From the NCBI GenBank assembly GCA_046598395.1, contig JBKJIQ010000008.1:33275-97274 (forward strand): 64,000 nt of DNA. The letters run 5' to 3'. Positions 34,815 through 43,763 of the stretch are shown piece after piece (position 1 is the stretch's first letter; the number at the start of each line of letters is the position of its first letter). The stretch comes from Acidimicrobiia bacterium (lineage in GTDB: Bacteria; Actinomycetota; Acidimicrobiia; IMCC26256; JAENVU01). The position numbers were made by a program, and so were the translations under genes. Under the pieces are notes generated by a model. That model did no database searches, had not been told where the DNA came from, and saw only the letters and a list, made by a program, of their open reading frames with translations.

Positions 34815-35435
34815 GTGACCGCAATTGCCGCTGAGCTGGGGACCCGGGAGCGGCTCATCGCGACCGCGAGGGCCTATCTCGATACCGAAGGACTCGATGG
34901 CATCGGGCTCCGGGAAATTGCCCGGCGGGCGGGGGTTTCGCACGGCGCACCGCTTCGCCACTACCCCACCCTTGCCGCGCTGCTCGCCGCAGTTGCCGCC
35001 GAGGGCTTTCGTGATCTGTACGCGTCGGTGGAACACGCACTGGCTCCCAGCGACCCGAGCGCCGCGCTCGAGCGACTCGCCGCAGCCGCCTACGGCTACG
35101 TGCACTTCGCCGCAAGCAACCCCGGCGTGTTCGGTCTGATGTTCCGCTCCGACCTGTGCGATACCGACGACGCGGAGTACGCCACCGAAGGGTCAGCGTC
35201 GTTCGGGCAACTCGTGGAACTCGTCGTCGACGCGCAGGCGTGCGGATTCCATGCGACCGTCGCGCCGGCGGAGTTGGCCGGCGTGTTGTGGTCGACCATG
35301 CACGGCCTGGCGTCGCTCCATTTGCACGGCGCGCTGGCTCCCACCACTGGCCAGTCCGATCTCGACGCACTCGTGCGTCTCGCCAACCTGCTCGCGTTCG
35401 GCGTGAGCACCTCAGCACCGGAGGAAACCCCATGA
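34797..35435 (+). CDS. TetR family transcriptional regulator
   Basis: HTH 'LREIARRAGVSHGAPLRHYPTLAALL'. Start at ATG 34797 or GTG 34815. Confidence 0.85.
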   Translation: MVDTVYVTAIAAELGTRERLIATARAYLDTEGLDGIGLREIARRAGVSHGAPLRHYPTLAALLAAVAAEGFRDLYASVEHALAPSDPSAALERLAAAAYGYVHFAASNPGVFGLMFRSDLCDTDDAEYATEGSASFGQLVELVVDAQACGFHATVAPAELAGVLWSTMHGLASLHLHGALAPTTGQSDLDALVRLANLLAFGVSTSAPEETP

Positions 35436-36793
35436 CCATGACCGATTCCAAAGTCACGACGAGCCCGTACCTCAGCGGGAACTTCGCACCGGTGCGGGAA
35501 GAGGTCAGCGTGGACAACCTCCCCGTGACCGGCTCCATCCCCGAGGAGTTGGAGGGGCGGTTGCTGCGTATCGGGCCGAACCCGGTCGTCGACCCGGATC
35601 CCGCCACCTACCACTGGTTCACAGGTACGGGCATGGTGCACGGTCTGTGGCTACGCGGTGGCGAAGCCGTTACCTATCGCAATCGGTACGTCCGCTCGGA
35701 CAGCGCGGTCGAAGCGCTGGGTGGGGCCGAGACGCCCGGTCCGCGCCACGGCATGGGCGACAACACCGCGAACACGAACGTGATCTCGCATGCAGGTTCC
35801 ACCTTCGCGGTCGTCGAGGCCGGTGGCCTGCCGATGCAACTGACCGACGAACTCGAGACGGTCGCCCGCTCCGACTTCGGCGGCACGCTTCCCGGTTCCT
35901 TCACCGCGCATCCCAAGCGTGATCCACTGACGGGCGAGCTGCACGCGGTCGTCTACTACTGGGAATGGGACTACATCCAGTACGTGGTGGTCGGGGTCGA
36001 CGGCAAGGTGCGGCGCTCGGTGAACGTGCCGGTTCCCGGAGGACCAATGGTGCACGACTGCGCGATCACCGAGTCGCGCGTGGTGCTCTTCGACCTGCCG
36101 GTCACGTTTGACCTGGAACTTGCGATGCGGGGCGGCACGCTCCCCTACCGATGGGACCCCGAGTACGGCGCACGGGTCGGGCTGCTGACGCGTGAGGCCG
36201 ATGCCGACTCCACGGTGTGGTGCGAACTCGACGACCTCTGTTACGTGTACCACCCCTTGAACGCATACGACGATGGCGATCGAGTGATCATGGACGTCGC
36301 CGTGCACCCGAAGATGTTCGACCGGGATCGCAACGGACCGAATGAGGGCGATCCGGTCTTCGAGCGCTGGACCATCGATCCGTCGACTCGGAGTGTGAAG
36401 CGCGACGTGATCTCCAGCCGTCCGCAGGAGTTCCCGCGCCACGACGAGCGGATTGTCGGCCGGAAGCACCGCTACGGGTACACCGCGACGTTCGCGCCTG
36501 CGACCAACGGTCTCGCGCTCGGCAACCTCCTCAAGCACGATCTCGTCGCCGGCACCGAGACGGAACACGATCTCGGTGGTGGCCGCGCATCCCAAGAGCC
36601 GGTGTTCGTCCCCAAGCACGCCGACGCAGCGGAGGACGAAGGTTGGGTCATGGCCTACGTGCACGACCCCAATCGCAACGCGGCCGACGTGGTCATCATC
36701 GATGCCCAGGACTTCAGCGCGCCGCCCGTCGCCACGATCCACCTCCCGGTCCGCGTGCCCTTCGGCTTCCACGGCAACTGGGTAGCGTCCTGA
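35432..36793 (+). CDS. carotenoid/stilbene cleavage oxygenase (RPE65/CCO family)
   Basis: Inner part of ORF 35156..36793. ATG 35432 overlaps the TetR stop (ATGA), with SD GGAGGA at 35420-35425. Four-His iron site context: 'TAHPKRD', 'MVHDCAIT', 'VYHPLNAYD', 'GFHGNWV'. Confidence 0.85.
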   Translation: MTMTDSKVTTSPYLSGNFAPVREEVSVDNLPVTGSIPEELEGRLLRIGPNPVVDPDPATYHWFTGTGMVHGLWLRGGEAVTYRNRYVRSDSAVEALGGAETPGPRHGMGDNTANTNVISHAGSTFAVVEAGGLPMQLTDELETVARSDFGGTLPGSFTAHPKRDPLTGELHAVVYYWEWDYIQYVVVGVDGKVRRSVNVPVPGGPMVHDCAITESRVVLFDLPVTFDLELAMRGGTLPYRWDPEYGARVGLLTREADADSTVWCELDDLCYVYHPLNAYDDGDRVIMDVAVHPKMFDRDRNGPNEGDPVFERWTIDPSTRSVKRDVISSRPQEFPRHDERIVGRKHRYGYTATFAPATNGLALGNLLKHDLVAGTETEHDLGGGRASQEPVFVPKHADAAEDEGWVMAYVHDPNRNAADVVIIDAQDFSAPPVATIHLPVRVPFGFHGNWVAS

Positions 36794-36946
36794 TTGCTCG
36801 TTCGCTCGGAGGAACCAGCCGTGTATGGGTCGCGACGCTGCCTCGCGTCTCGCTCTGCAGGCTCTGCTCGGCGTTGCTCAGGGACTGGATGGGACTCCCG
36901 GCTGTTCCCTGGCAGACTCCGGCCTCTTGACGGGTGGAGGTCCGTG

Positions 36947-38047
36947 ATGCGGCGGTTGGGTGTTCTGCTTCTGAGTGTGTGCCTGCTGGTCGGTGTCGCC
37001 GCAGTTCCGGCGACGGCGAGTCATCAGTCGAGCCGGGCGCCGAGTGCGCCCGGGCCCTACGCCGTCGGTCGCACCACGTTCGACGTCGTGGATCCGAGCC
37101 GCAACAACAGAACGTTCAAAGTCGACGTCTGGTATCCCAGCCGTCCGCGCGACGTGGTCGGCCTCGCGAAGTCCAAGATCGACCTGCTCGTGGCCCAAAC
37201 GGACTCGCCGCTGGCGTATGACAACCCGCCCGTGGCCAACGGTCGGATGCCGTTGGTCGTCTTCTCGCATGGGAGCGGCGGCATCCGTTACCAGAGCTGG
37301 TTCCTGATGGAGCATCTTGCGAGCTACGGCTTCATCGTTGCGGCTCCGGACCACGCGGGGAATACCGCGATCGACAGCATCTTCGGCACCTCGACTCCGT
37401 TCGCGGTGAGCGCGCGCAATCGTCCCCTCGACGTGTCGCTCGTGATCACCCGGATGCTCGAACGCGGCGAGACCGAAGGCGACCCGTTCGACCATCACGT
37501 GCTCCGCCGCAAGATCGCGGTGATGGGTCATTCCTTCGGCGGCTTCACCGCCGCGGCCGTGGTCGCGGGCTGGGCTGACGTGCCGGCCGACCCGCGGGTG
37601 AAGGCGATCATCCCGATTGCCGCGGCTACGAACTCGTTCTCCGATGACCAACTGCGATCGGTCTCGGTTCCCAGCTTGTGGTTACACGGTACGAACGACA
37701 TCACCGTGCCGATCGGCCAGACCGCTCGGGCGTGGTCACTCCTCGACGCGTCGCCAAGGTATCGAGTGGATATCCGCCGAGGTGGGCACTCCTCCTTCAC
37801 GAACGCCTGCGACATCCTCGCGGTGCTCCAGAACTCGGGTGCGCCGGAAAGCATCGTGAGCTTCCTGCGCCAGCAGGCGGCCGAAGCCTGTGGCCCGGAC
37901 CTGATCCCGATCGGTCAGGCCCAGGACATCACCAAGGCCACCAGCCTCGCGTTCCTGGAAGTGCGGTTGTTGCACGTCGATGCGTACCGCAAGTACCTAC
38001 GAAAGGGCTATCTCTCCGGATATCCCGTCGACTTCTTCCGGGGGTAG
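36947..38047 (+). CDS. secreted alpha/beta hydrolase (PAF-acetylhydrolase / lipase-like)
   Basis: Inner part of ORF 36794..38047. Signal peptide 'MRRLGVLLLSVCLLVGVAAVPATA', 'VVFSHGSGG', nucleophile 'VMGHSFGG'. SD GGTGGAGG at 36933-36940. Confidence 0.75.
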   Translation: MRRLGVLLLSVCLLVGVAAVPATASHQSSRAPSAPGPYAVGRTTFDVVDPSRNNRTFKVDVWYPSRPRDVVGLAKSKIDLLVAQTDSPLAYDNPPVANGRMPLVVFSHGSGGIRYQSWFLMEHLASYGFIVAAPDHAGNTAIDSIFGTSTPFAVSARNRPLDVSLVITRMLERGETEGDPFDHHVLRRKIAVMGHSFGGFTAAAVVAGWADVPADPRVKAIIPIAAATNSFSDDQLRSVSVPSLWLHGTNDITVPIGQTARAWSLLDASPRYRVDIRRGGHSSFTNACDILAVLQNSGAPESIVSFLRQQAAEACGPDLIPIGQAQDITKATSLAFLEVRLLHVDAYRKYLRKGYLSGYPVDFFRG

Positions 38048-39315
38048 TACCGGAGTTCACAGTCGTCGCTGGCGCGAGCCACTCCGCCGATCTGTGCGGC
38101 GCGGGGCGTGGCGTTGGCGAACTGCGGTGTGAGTTCGTAGCGTTTGAGGATCACTTCGATGACGGCGGTCATCACCGACAACGAGAACGGTTGGGCGGGG
38201 CACGTGTGGGCGCCGTGGCCGAACGCGGTCACGAGTTCACGGTCGGCTCCCCCGCCGCGGCCGTCACGGATGCGCCGTCGGTTCCACCGTTGCGGGTCGT
38301 AGGTGCGCAAGTCCTCGGTCGCGAGGTTGGTGAGTGGCAGCAGCGTCGCGAGCGTGACGCCGGGATCGACCTGCCACCGCTGCACGCCGTCGTCGATCTC
38401 CACGGGCGCCAGCACGGCACGCAACATGATCGAACGCTGGGCCATTCGGGTCGATTCGAGCGCGCACCGCTCCGCGAGTGCGTGGTCACCGTCGCGAATC
38501 GCGGCCGCAACATCTGGTCGGGTGGTTACGTCGACCAGGAGCCAACCGAGCGCGGAGAACAGGTTGGACATCGATCCGAGGTGTACCAGTATCACATCGC
38601 GAGCGATTCCTTCGCGCCGGGTCTCTGGCGACGTGTCGGACCACGTGTCGACGATGCGTTGGAAATGGTCGGCCGGTGGGTCAGGATCAGCATCCCGATC
38701 GTCGATCGCCTGACCGATGATCATTTCGGCGGTCGCGAGTGCGGCGCGTTCGGTCGCGTAACCGGACGCCGCGACTGCAGTCATCGCGCCAGGGTCCACG
38801 AACGCGGCTGCGCCATCGAGGTTGTCGAGAGCCCCAATCAACGCGTCGAACTCCGTTGAGGTCCCGCAGGGTCCAGCCCACGTGCTGAGACCGATGCGGT
38901 GTCCGAGTCGGCGGGTGAAGTCGAACACCTCGAACGTTCCCGACCCGCCGAGTTCGGCGCACGCGATGTCAATCGCCGATCGGACGACGTCGAGGTACCG
39001 CACCACGTCGTCGCGGGCGAAGAGGCCGTGCGGGAACGTGCGCCGATCGCGGAAGAGTTCCGGCGGGAGCTTTCGGCGCAACATCTGCCAGTCGGCCACG
39101 CCCTTGCTCGCGTCGGCTTCGGCCACTGCATAGAAGCTCTGCACGCCCACGGGTGAGAACAGAAACAGGAATGGCGATCGCGCCCCCTCGATGACGAACG
39201 TATCGCCGTGCCGCGCCCGGGCCGCGGCGATCGCCGCGATCGGATCGGCCACCTCCTCGTCCCACGGCAATTGCGCGTCGGCGACGGCTGGGAGCGGCGA
39301 GATCAACTCGGTCAT
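38008..39315 (-). CDS. cytochrome P450
   Basis: Cys-ligand loop 'FGHGAHTCPAQ' and ExxR 'ESTR'. 435 aa. The 3' end overlaps the convergent hydrolase by 40 nt. Confidence 0.85.
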   Translation of the reverse strand: MTELISPLPAVADAQLPWDEEVADPIAAIAAARARHGDTFVIEGARSPFLFLFSPVGVQSFYAVAEADASKGVADWQMLRRKLPPELFRDRRTFPHGLFARDDVVRYLDVVRSAIDIACAELGGSGTFEVFDFTRRLGHRIGLSTWAGPCGTSTEFDALIGALDNLDGAAAFVDPGAMTAVAASGYATERAALATAEMIIGQAIDDRDADPDPPADHFQRIVDTWSDTSPETRREGIARDVILVHLGSMSNLFSALGWLLVDVTTRPDVAAAIRDGDHALAERCALESTRMAQRSIMLRAVLAPVEIDDGVQRWQVDPGVTLATLLPLTNLATEDLRTYDPQRWNRRRIRDGRGGGADRELVTAFGHGAHTCPAQPFSLSVMTAVIEVILKRYELTPQFANATPRAAQIGGVARASDDCELRYYPRKKSTGYPER

Positions 39316-39510
39316 CGCGGCGTCTCGCCCCCAGGTCGCATGGCGCCATCATGACCAATCTCACCGGTCCGTTGTCCGTTTGCCCCTTCCGTCCGTGAAA
39401 TACGCACAATGAACGGGGAGAAGTCAGACGCTCCGGCATGATCCAGGGTGTGAAGGTGGCGGCGAAGAGGATTCAGTCACGTTGTGGGCGTCAGGTGCCA
39501 AACTCCCGTC

Positions 39511-41082
39511 ATGAACTCCGGACCGATCCTTCATTCGCCCCGTATGTCGCTTGCTCCGTATCCGGTGCAACCGGTGACCGACGATCTCGTCGCCTCCGCC
39601 GCCCGCCACCCTCACAAGGTCGCCTTCATCGACGGGGTGAGCGGCGCGGAGTACACCTTCACCGAGATCCTCACCGCCGCCCGTCGGCTCGGTCGCCATC
39701 TTCAGGACGCGGGGGTGGGCGTGGGCGATCGGGTCGGCATCGTTGCGACCAACTCGCCCGAGTGGGCGGTGGTCTTCCTCGGCACGCTGTTCGCCGGCGG
39801 AACCGTCACCACGTTGAACCCGCTCTACACCGAGCGCGAGATTGCCGAACAGTTCAGGGACTCGACCCCGAAGGCGGTCTTCGTCGTGGAGGCGACGGCA
39901 CCGACCGTCAAAGCAGTCTGGGGCGGTGCGCCGAACTTCCACCTCACCAACGAGGTCTGGGTGCTGGCCTCGGAGGCTGCGGGCGATGCGCACCCGGTCG
40001 AGTTCGATCCGAACACCCATCTCGCGGTGTTGCCCTACTCGTCCGGCACCACCGGCGCGCCGAAAGGCGTGATGCTCTCCCACTACAACCTCACGAGCAA
40101 CGTCCGTCAGACGCTTGGGTCCGGCCTGATCGACGGCTACTCGGTCATGGTGAACTTCCTGCCCTTCTTCCACATCTACGGCATGGCGGTGCTGATGCTT
40201 CCGGGCATTGCCTCCGGAGCCACCCAGATCACGATGCCGGGCTTCGACCCGAAGCGGTTCCTCGAGATCGTCACCGAGTATCAAGCGACCAACCTGTTCA
40301 TGGTGCCGCCCGCGCTGCTCGCACTCGCGAACTCGGACGAGAGCACCACGATGACGAGCGTCCGCTACATCATGTCGGGCGCGGCGCCGCTCCCACTCGA
40401 CGTCGCCCGCCGCGTCGCCGAGCGCTTCGATGTCACCGTGGTACAGGGATACGGCATGACCGAAGCGAGCCCGGTCACCCACATCTCCCTGCTCGGGCGA
40501 GACAAGGAAGGCACGGTCGGTCCCCCGGTCGCCGACACGCGCCAGAAGGTCGTCGATCTCGATACCAACGAGACGCTTCCGATCGGTGAGATCGGCGAAC
40601 TGTTGGTGTCCGGTCCTCAGGTCATGCAGGGCTACTACGGCCGGCCCGACGCCACCGCGGAGTCCATTCACGAGGACGACGACGGGCGGTGGCTGCGAAC
40701 CGGCGACATCGTCACGATGGATGTGGACGGCTACGTCACCATCCACGACCGTGCCAAGGAAATGATCAAGTACAAGGGCTACCAGATCGCGCCCGCCGAG
40801 CTGGAGGCGCTGATCATGGAACACCCCGACGTCGCCGACGTGGCGGTGATCCCGAAGGACAGTGGCACCGCCGATGGCGAGTATCCCAAGGCCTTCGTCG
40901 TGCGTCGCGCCGATACCGAGCTCGACGCGGCGGCGGTGATGGCGCACGTGACTGCGGTCGTCGCTCCCTACAAGAAGGTGCGCGAGGTCGAGTTCGTGGA
41001 CGCGATACCGAAGAATCCCAGCGGCAAGATCTTGCGGCGCGAGCTCAAGGCGCAGGAGCGCGCCCGGAAGGACGGCGCCTGA
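39511..41082 (+). CDS. AMP-dependent acyl-CoA synthetase/ligase (4-coumarate:CoA ligase-like)
   Basis: ORF 39484..41082. 'LPYSSGTTGAPKGV', 'GYGMTE', 'TGDIVTMDVDGYVTIHDRAKEMIKYKG', 'PKNPSGKILRR'. The larger antisense ORF 39424..41118 has no motifs. Confidence 0.9.
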   Translation: MNSGPILHSPRMSLAPYPVQPVTDDLVASAARHPHKVAFIDGVSGAEYTFTEILTAARRLGRHLQDAGVGVGDRVGIVATNSPEWAVVFLGTLFAGGTVTTLNPLYTEREIAEQFRDSTPKAVFVVEATAPTVKAVWGGAPNFHLTNEVWVLASEAAGDAHPVEFDPNTHLAVLPYSSGTTGAPKGVMLSHYNLTSNVRQTLGSGLIDGYSVMVNFLPFFHIYGMAVLMLPGIASGATQITMPGFDPKRFLEIVTEYQATNLFMVPPALLALANSDESTTMTSVRYIMSGAAPLPLDVARRVAERFDVTVVQGYGMTEASPVTHISLLGRDKEGTVGPPVADTRQKVVDLDTNETLPIGEIGELLVSGPQVMQGYYGRPDATAESIHEDDDGRWLRTGDIVTMDVDGYVTIHDRAKEMIKYKGYQIAPAELEALIMEHPDVADVAVIPKDSGTADGEYPKAFVVRRADTELDAAAVMAHVTAVVAPYKKVREVEFVDAIPKNPSGKILRRELKAQERARKDGA

Positions 41083-41171
41083 TCTTCGGGCGGGCCGGTC
41101 CAGCACGGAGCCGTGCACGCGCGTAGATTCAGCCTCTACCGTCCGTCACAACCCTTCTTGGGAGTTCAACA

Positions 41172-41744
41172 ATGCCCGCACCGACCCCCGCCCAACTTGG
41201 ACCTCTCGCCGCACTCGTTGGCAGCTGGGAAGGCACCAAGGGTCTCGACGTCTCGTTCCACAACGAGGACGGCGCCATCGCCGACACCGTCTACCGCGAG
41301 AAGATCACGTTCAACCCATTCGGTCCGGTGGACAACGGCGACCAACATCTCTACGGCCTCGACTATCGGATGGCCGCGTGGCGCAACGACGAGCCCGACC
41401 CGTTCCACACCGAGGTCGGCTACTGGCTGTGGTGCTCGGACTCCAAGCAGGTCATGCGCTGTTTCATGGTCCCGCGCGGCACAGTGGCGATCGCCGGTGG
41501 AACTGCCGAGGCCGATGCGAAGACCTTCACGATGACCGCTGAGCTCGGCTCCCTGAACTACGGCGTGCTCGAGAACAAGTACCTCGCGGAGAACGCAAGC
41601 ACCACCAAGTACGAGGCCACGATCACCGTGACGGACGCCGACTCGTGGTCCTACGACACGACGACGACCTTGAAGATGGCGAAGCTCGGCGGTAAAGAAA
41701 TGGCACACACCGACCGCAATGAAATGCAGCGCGTCTCGGAGTGA
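41172..41744 (+). CDS. nitrobindin/THAP4-like heme-binding beta-barrel (FABP-like) protein
   Basis: 'LAALVGSWEG.KGLD', 'YREKITFNP', 'LDYRMAAW', 'HTEVGYWLW' resemble the nitrobindin-family barrel. 190 aa. Confidence 0.6.
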   Translation: MPAPTPAQLGPLAALVGSWEGTKGLDVSFHNEDGAIADTVYREKITFNPFGPVDNGDQHLYGLDYRMAAWRNDEPDPFHTEVGYWLWCSDSKQVMRCFMVPRGTVAIAGGTAEADAKTFTMTAELGSLNYGVLENKYLAENASTTKYEATITVTDADSWSYDTTTTLKMAKLGGKEMAHTDRNEMQRVSE

Positions 41745-41802
41745 CGAATCGGTTCCATTCGGTGCCGCGTTTTCCTCAGGAGTGCCGCGTAGGGTTCGTG
41801 GC

Positions 41803-42372
41803 ATGGATCAGCTCAATGCCCTCGATGTTGCGCGACTCGAATTTGAACGCCGACTTCGCCAGATCGAGACGGGCGATTGGGATCGGACCACGCCCTGCGG
41901 TGACTGGAACGTGCGTGAGTTGGTCGTCCACGTGATCGGCGGTACGCGAATGGCGACCGCGCTCATCGGCGGTTGCTCACGCGACGAAGCGATTGGGATT
42001 CTGGCCGCCGAAGATTTCCCCGAGGACGTCGCGCGTACGTTCAGCGAAGTTGCCGATGCACAGGCCACGGCATTTGCCGAGGATGGAGCGCTCGAGCGGA
42101 TCTGTGCCCATCCGGCCGGCGATTTTCCCGGAACCGTGCTGCTCGGATTTCGCGTCGCCGACGCCGCGCTCCATGCCTGGGATCTGGCCCGGGCGATCGG
42201 TGCGGACGAGACACTGCCCGCCGAGCTGGTGGAGCATGTTTGGGACGGTATACAGCCGATGCTGCCGATCATCGGTTCAGTGGGAGTCTTCGGCGATGGG
42301 CCGAGCGGCACGGTGCCCGAAGCTGCGCCGATGCAGATCCTCCTCCTTGACGCCACCGGTCGTCGTCCCTGA
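41803..42372 (+). CDS. DinB-like / mycothiol maleylpyruvate isomerase N-terminal domain protein (TIGR03086-like)
   Basis: Inner part of ORF 41719..42372. 'WDRTTPCGDWNVRELVVHVIGG' and 'ADAALHAWDLARAIG' are typical of the family. Confidence 0.7.
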   Translation: MDQLNALDVARLEFERRLRQIETGDWDRTTPCGDWNVRELVVHVIGGTRMATALIGGCSRDEAIGILAAEDFPEDVARTFSEVADAQATAFAEDGALERICAHPAGDFPGTVLLGFRVADAALHAWDLARAIGADETLPAELVEHVWDGIQPMLPIIGSVGVFGDGPSGTVPEAAPMQILLLDATGRRP

Positions 42373-42457
42373 TTGGTGAGAACCACGCTGGCCGAGTCCG
42401 CGAACGACCTGCCGAAAGACCCTTGGCGCGATCGCCGATCACGACGATGATCAGACC

Positions 42458-42961
42458 ATGGACGAGCTGGTTGGTGTCGGCGGGGATGATCCTCCGTCTG
42501 TCGCGGAGTCGGTGCTGGAGCTGACGTACGGCGAGTGCATCGCGCTCTTGCAGGTTGGCGAGGTCGGGCGTATCGCCGTCTTTGCCGATCCATTTCCCGT
42601 GGTGTTGCCGGTCAACTATCGCCTGGTCCAACCGGCCGACGCTCCGAGCTCAGAACCCGGGCACGCTTGGATCGCGATCAGGACCCGACCGGGCAACGTG
42701 ATCGACCGGGCACCGCGATACGTCGCATTCGAGATCGACGGGATCGATGCGCTCCACCGGGTCGGCTGGTCCGTGCTCGTGTCGGGCACCCTCGAACGCT
42801 TGGACCCGGATGCCGCCGGGGTGCGCGAGCGGTTCGACCCCGAACCCTGGATCGACGATGAGCGCCACGCCTGGCTCGCCGTCCACCCGGTCCATGTCAC
42901 CGGTCGGCGAATCCCCGTTTCCCCCGGGGAATGGGCATTCAACTCCGACAGCTACCTCTGA
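42458..42961 (+). CDS. pyridoxamine 5'-phosphate oxidase-family (FMN/F420-binding split barrel) protein
   Basis: 'LTYGECIALLQVGEVGRIAV....PVVLPVNY' and 'WSVLVSGTLERL' follow the Pyridox_ox_2-like pattern. Confidence 0.6.
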   Translation: MDELVGVGGDDPPSVAESVLELTYGECIALLQVGEVGRIAVFADPFPVVLPVNYRLVQPADAPSSEPGHAWIAIRTRPGNVIDRAPRYVAFEIDGIDALHRVGWSVLVSGTLERLDPDAAGVRERFDPEPWIDDERHAWLAVHPVHVTGRRIPVSPGEWAFNSDSYL

Positions 42962-43000
42962 ATGCGAGTCACGGGTTCGGGTTGAACGGCGGGCGCGGCG

Positions 43001-43633
43001 TCACTCGTTCTCGGCGAACGAGACATCGATGCTATCGACATAACGGTCGAAGGCTCTGAGCGCGCCGGTCACGCGGACGGCCGCCACATTTCGAGTCCGT
43101 TTCGACATCGAGGGATCGACGTGGAGCACCACGTCTAACCGTCCGGAGATTCTCCGGACGGAGGCTTGTGCCGACGCCGTGCCTTCTCCGCCATGTTCGA
43201 GCACCGATCGCAGGGTCTCGTTCGCCCGCGCCTCGTAGGCCGGTTGCGTTCCCGTCGCGGCCTGCTCGCATGCCGCGACGATGCCGATCCCTCCACCATC
43301 AACGGCGCCGAGTTCCTCATAGGGATTCAGCGCCGTACGGCCGGTCACCACCACCGGAAGGTGACGGCGTAACGCGCACGCCAGACCGTCTTCGAGTGGC
43401 GTCGGGCCGGTACGTACATGCGCCCGGACCGTGACCACCACGTCAACGGGTGTGGTCTCGAGTGGGCAACGGTCCGATGCCAGGCCGACGCACGGAAACG
43501 CCGCGATGCCGGCCTCATGGCATCGATGCACGCGATGCCCCGCGGCCTCGAGATCGTCGATCGACAATCGGGCGACACCGGGGTCTGACTCCAACACCAA
43601 GACGTCCATCTCAGAAAACACCTCCTCGACCAT
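43001..43633 (-). CDS. hypothetical Cys/His-rich protein with a receiver-like N-terminus
   Basis: 210 aa. 'MDVLVLESDPGVARLSIDDLEAAGHRVHRCHEAGIAAFPCVGLASDRCP'. No family recognised. Divergent from the multicopper oxidase. Confidence 0.5.
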   Translation of the reverse strand: MVEEVFSEMDVLVLESDPGVARLSIDDLEAAGHRVHRCHEAGIAAFPCVGLASDRCPLETTPVDVVVTVRAHVRTGPTPLEDGLACALRRHLPVVVTGRTALNPYEELGAVDGGGIGIVAACEQAATGTQPAYEARANETLRSVLEHGGEGTASAQASVRRISGRLDVVLHVDPSMSKRTRNVAAVRVTGALRAFDRYVDSIDVSFAENE

Positions 43634-43763
43634 CGTGGCTGAGGTCGGGACCTCGACCTAGTGCCATTCCGCTGGGTCATTCGGGTCCTTCGGCCCTGAG
43701 CGGACACCGTCGGACCGTCGAACATGGGTGTGCAGATCCATCGAATCGACTCCAGGAGGACAC

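Noticed and set aside
39424-41118. Very long antisense or out-of-frame ORFs in the track. Examples: 39424..41118 (564 aa), 48695..50653 (652 aa), 15527..16822 (431 aa), 6806..7822, 248..1312, 35651..36772 and 27612..28847.
   Set aside because: They are Arg/Pro/Gly/Ala-rich and lack recognisable motifs. Each lies opposite or out of frame to a gene with clear family signatures. This is the expected artefact of stop-codon-poor high-GC DNA.
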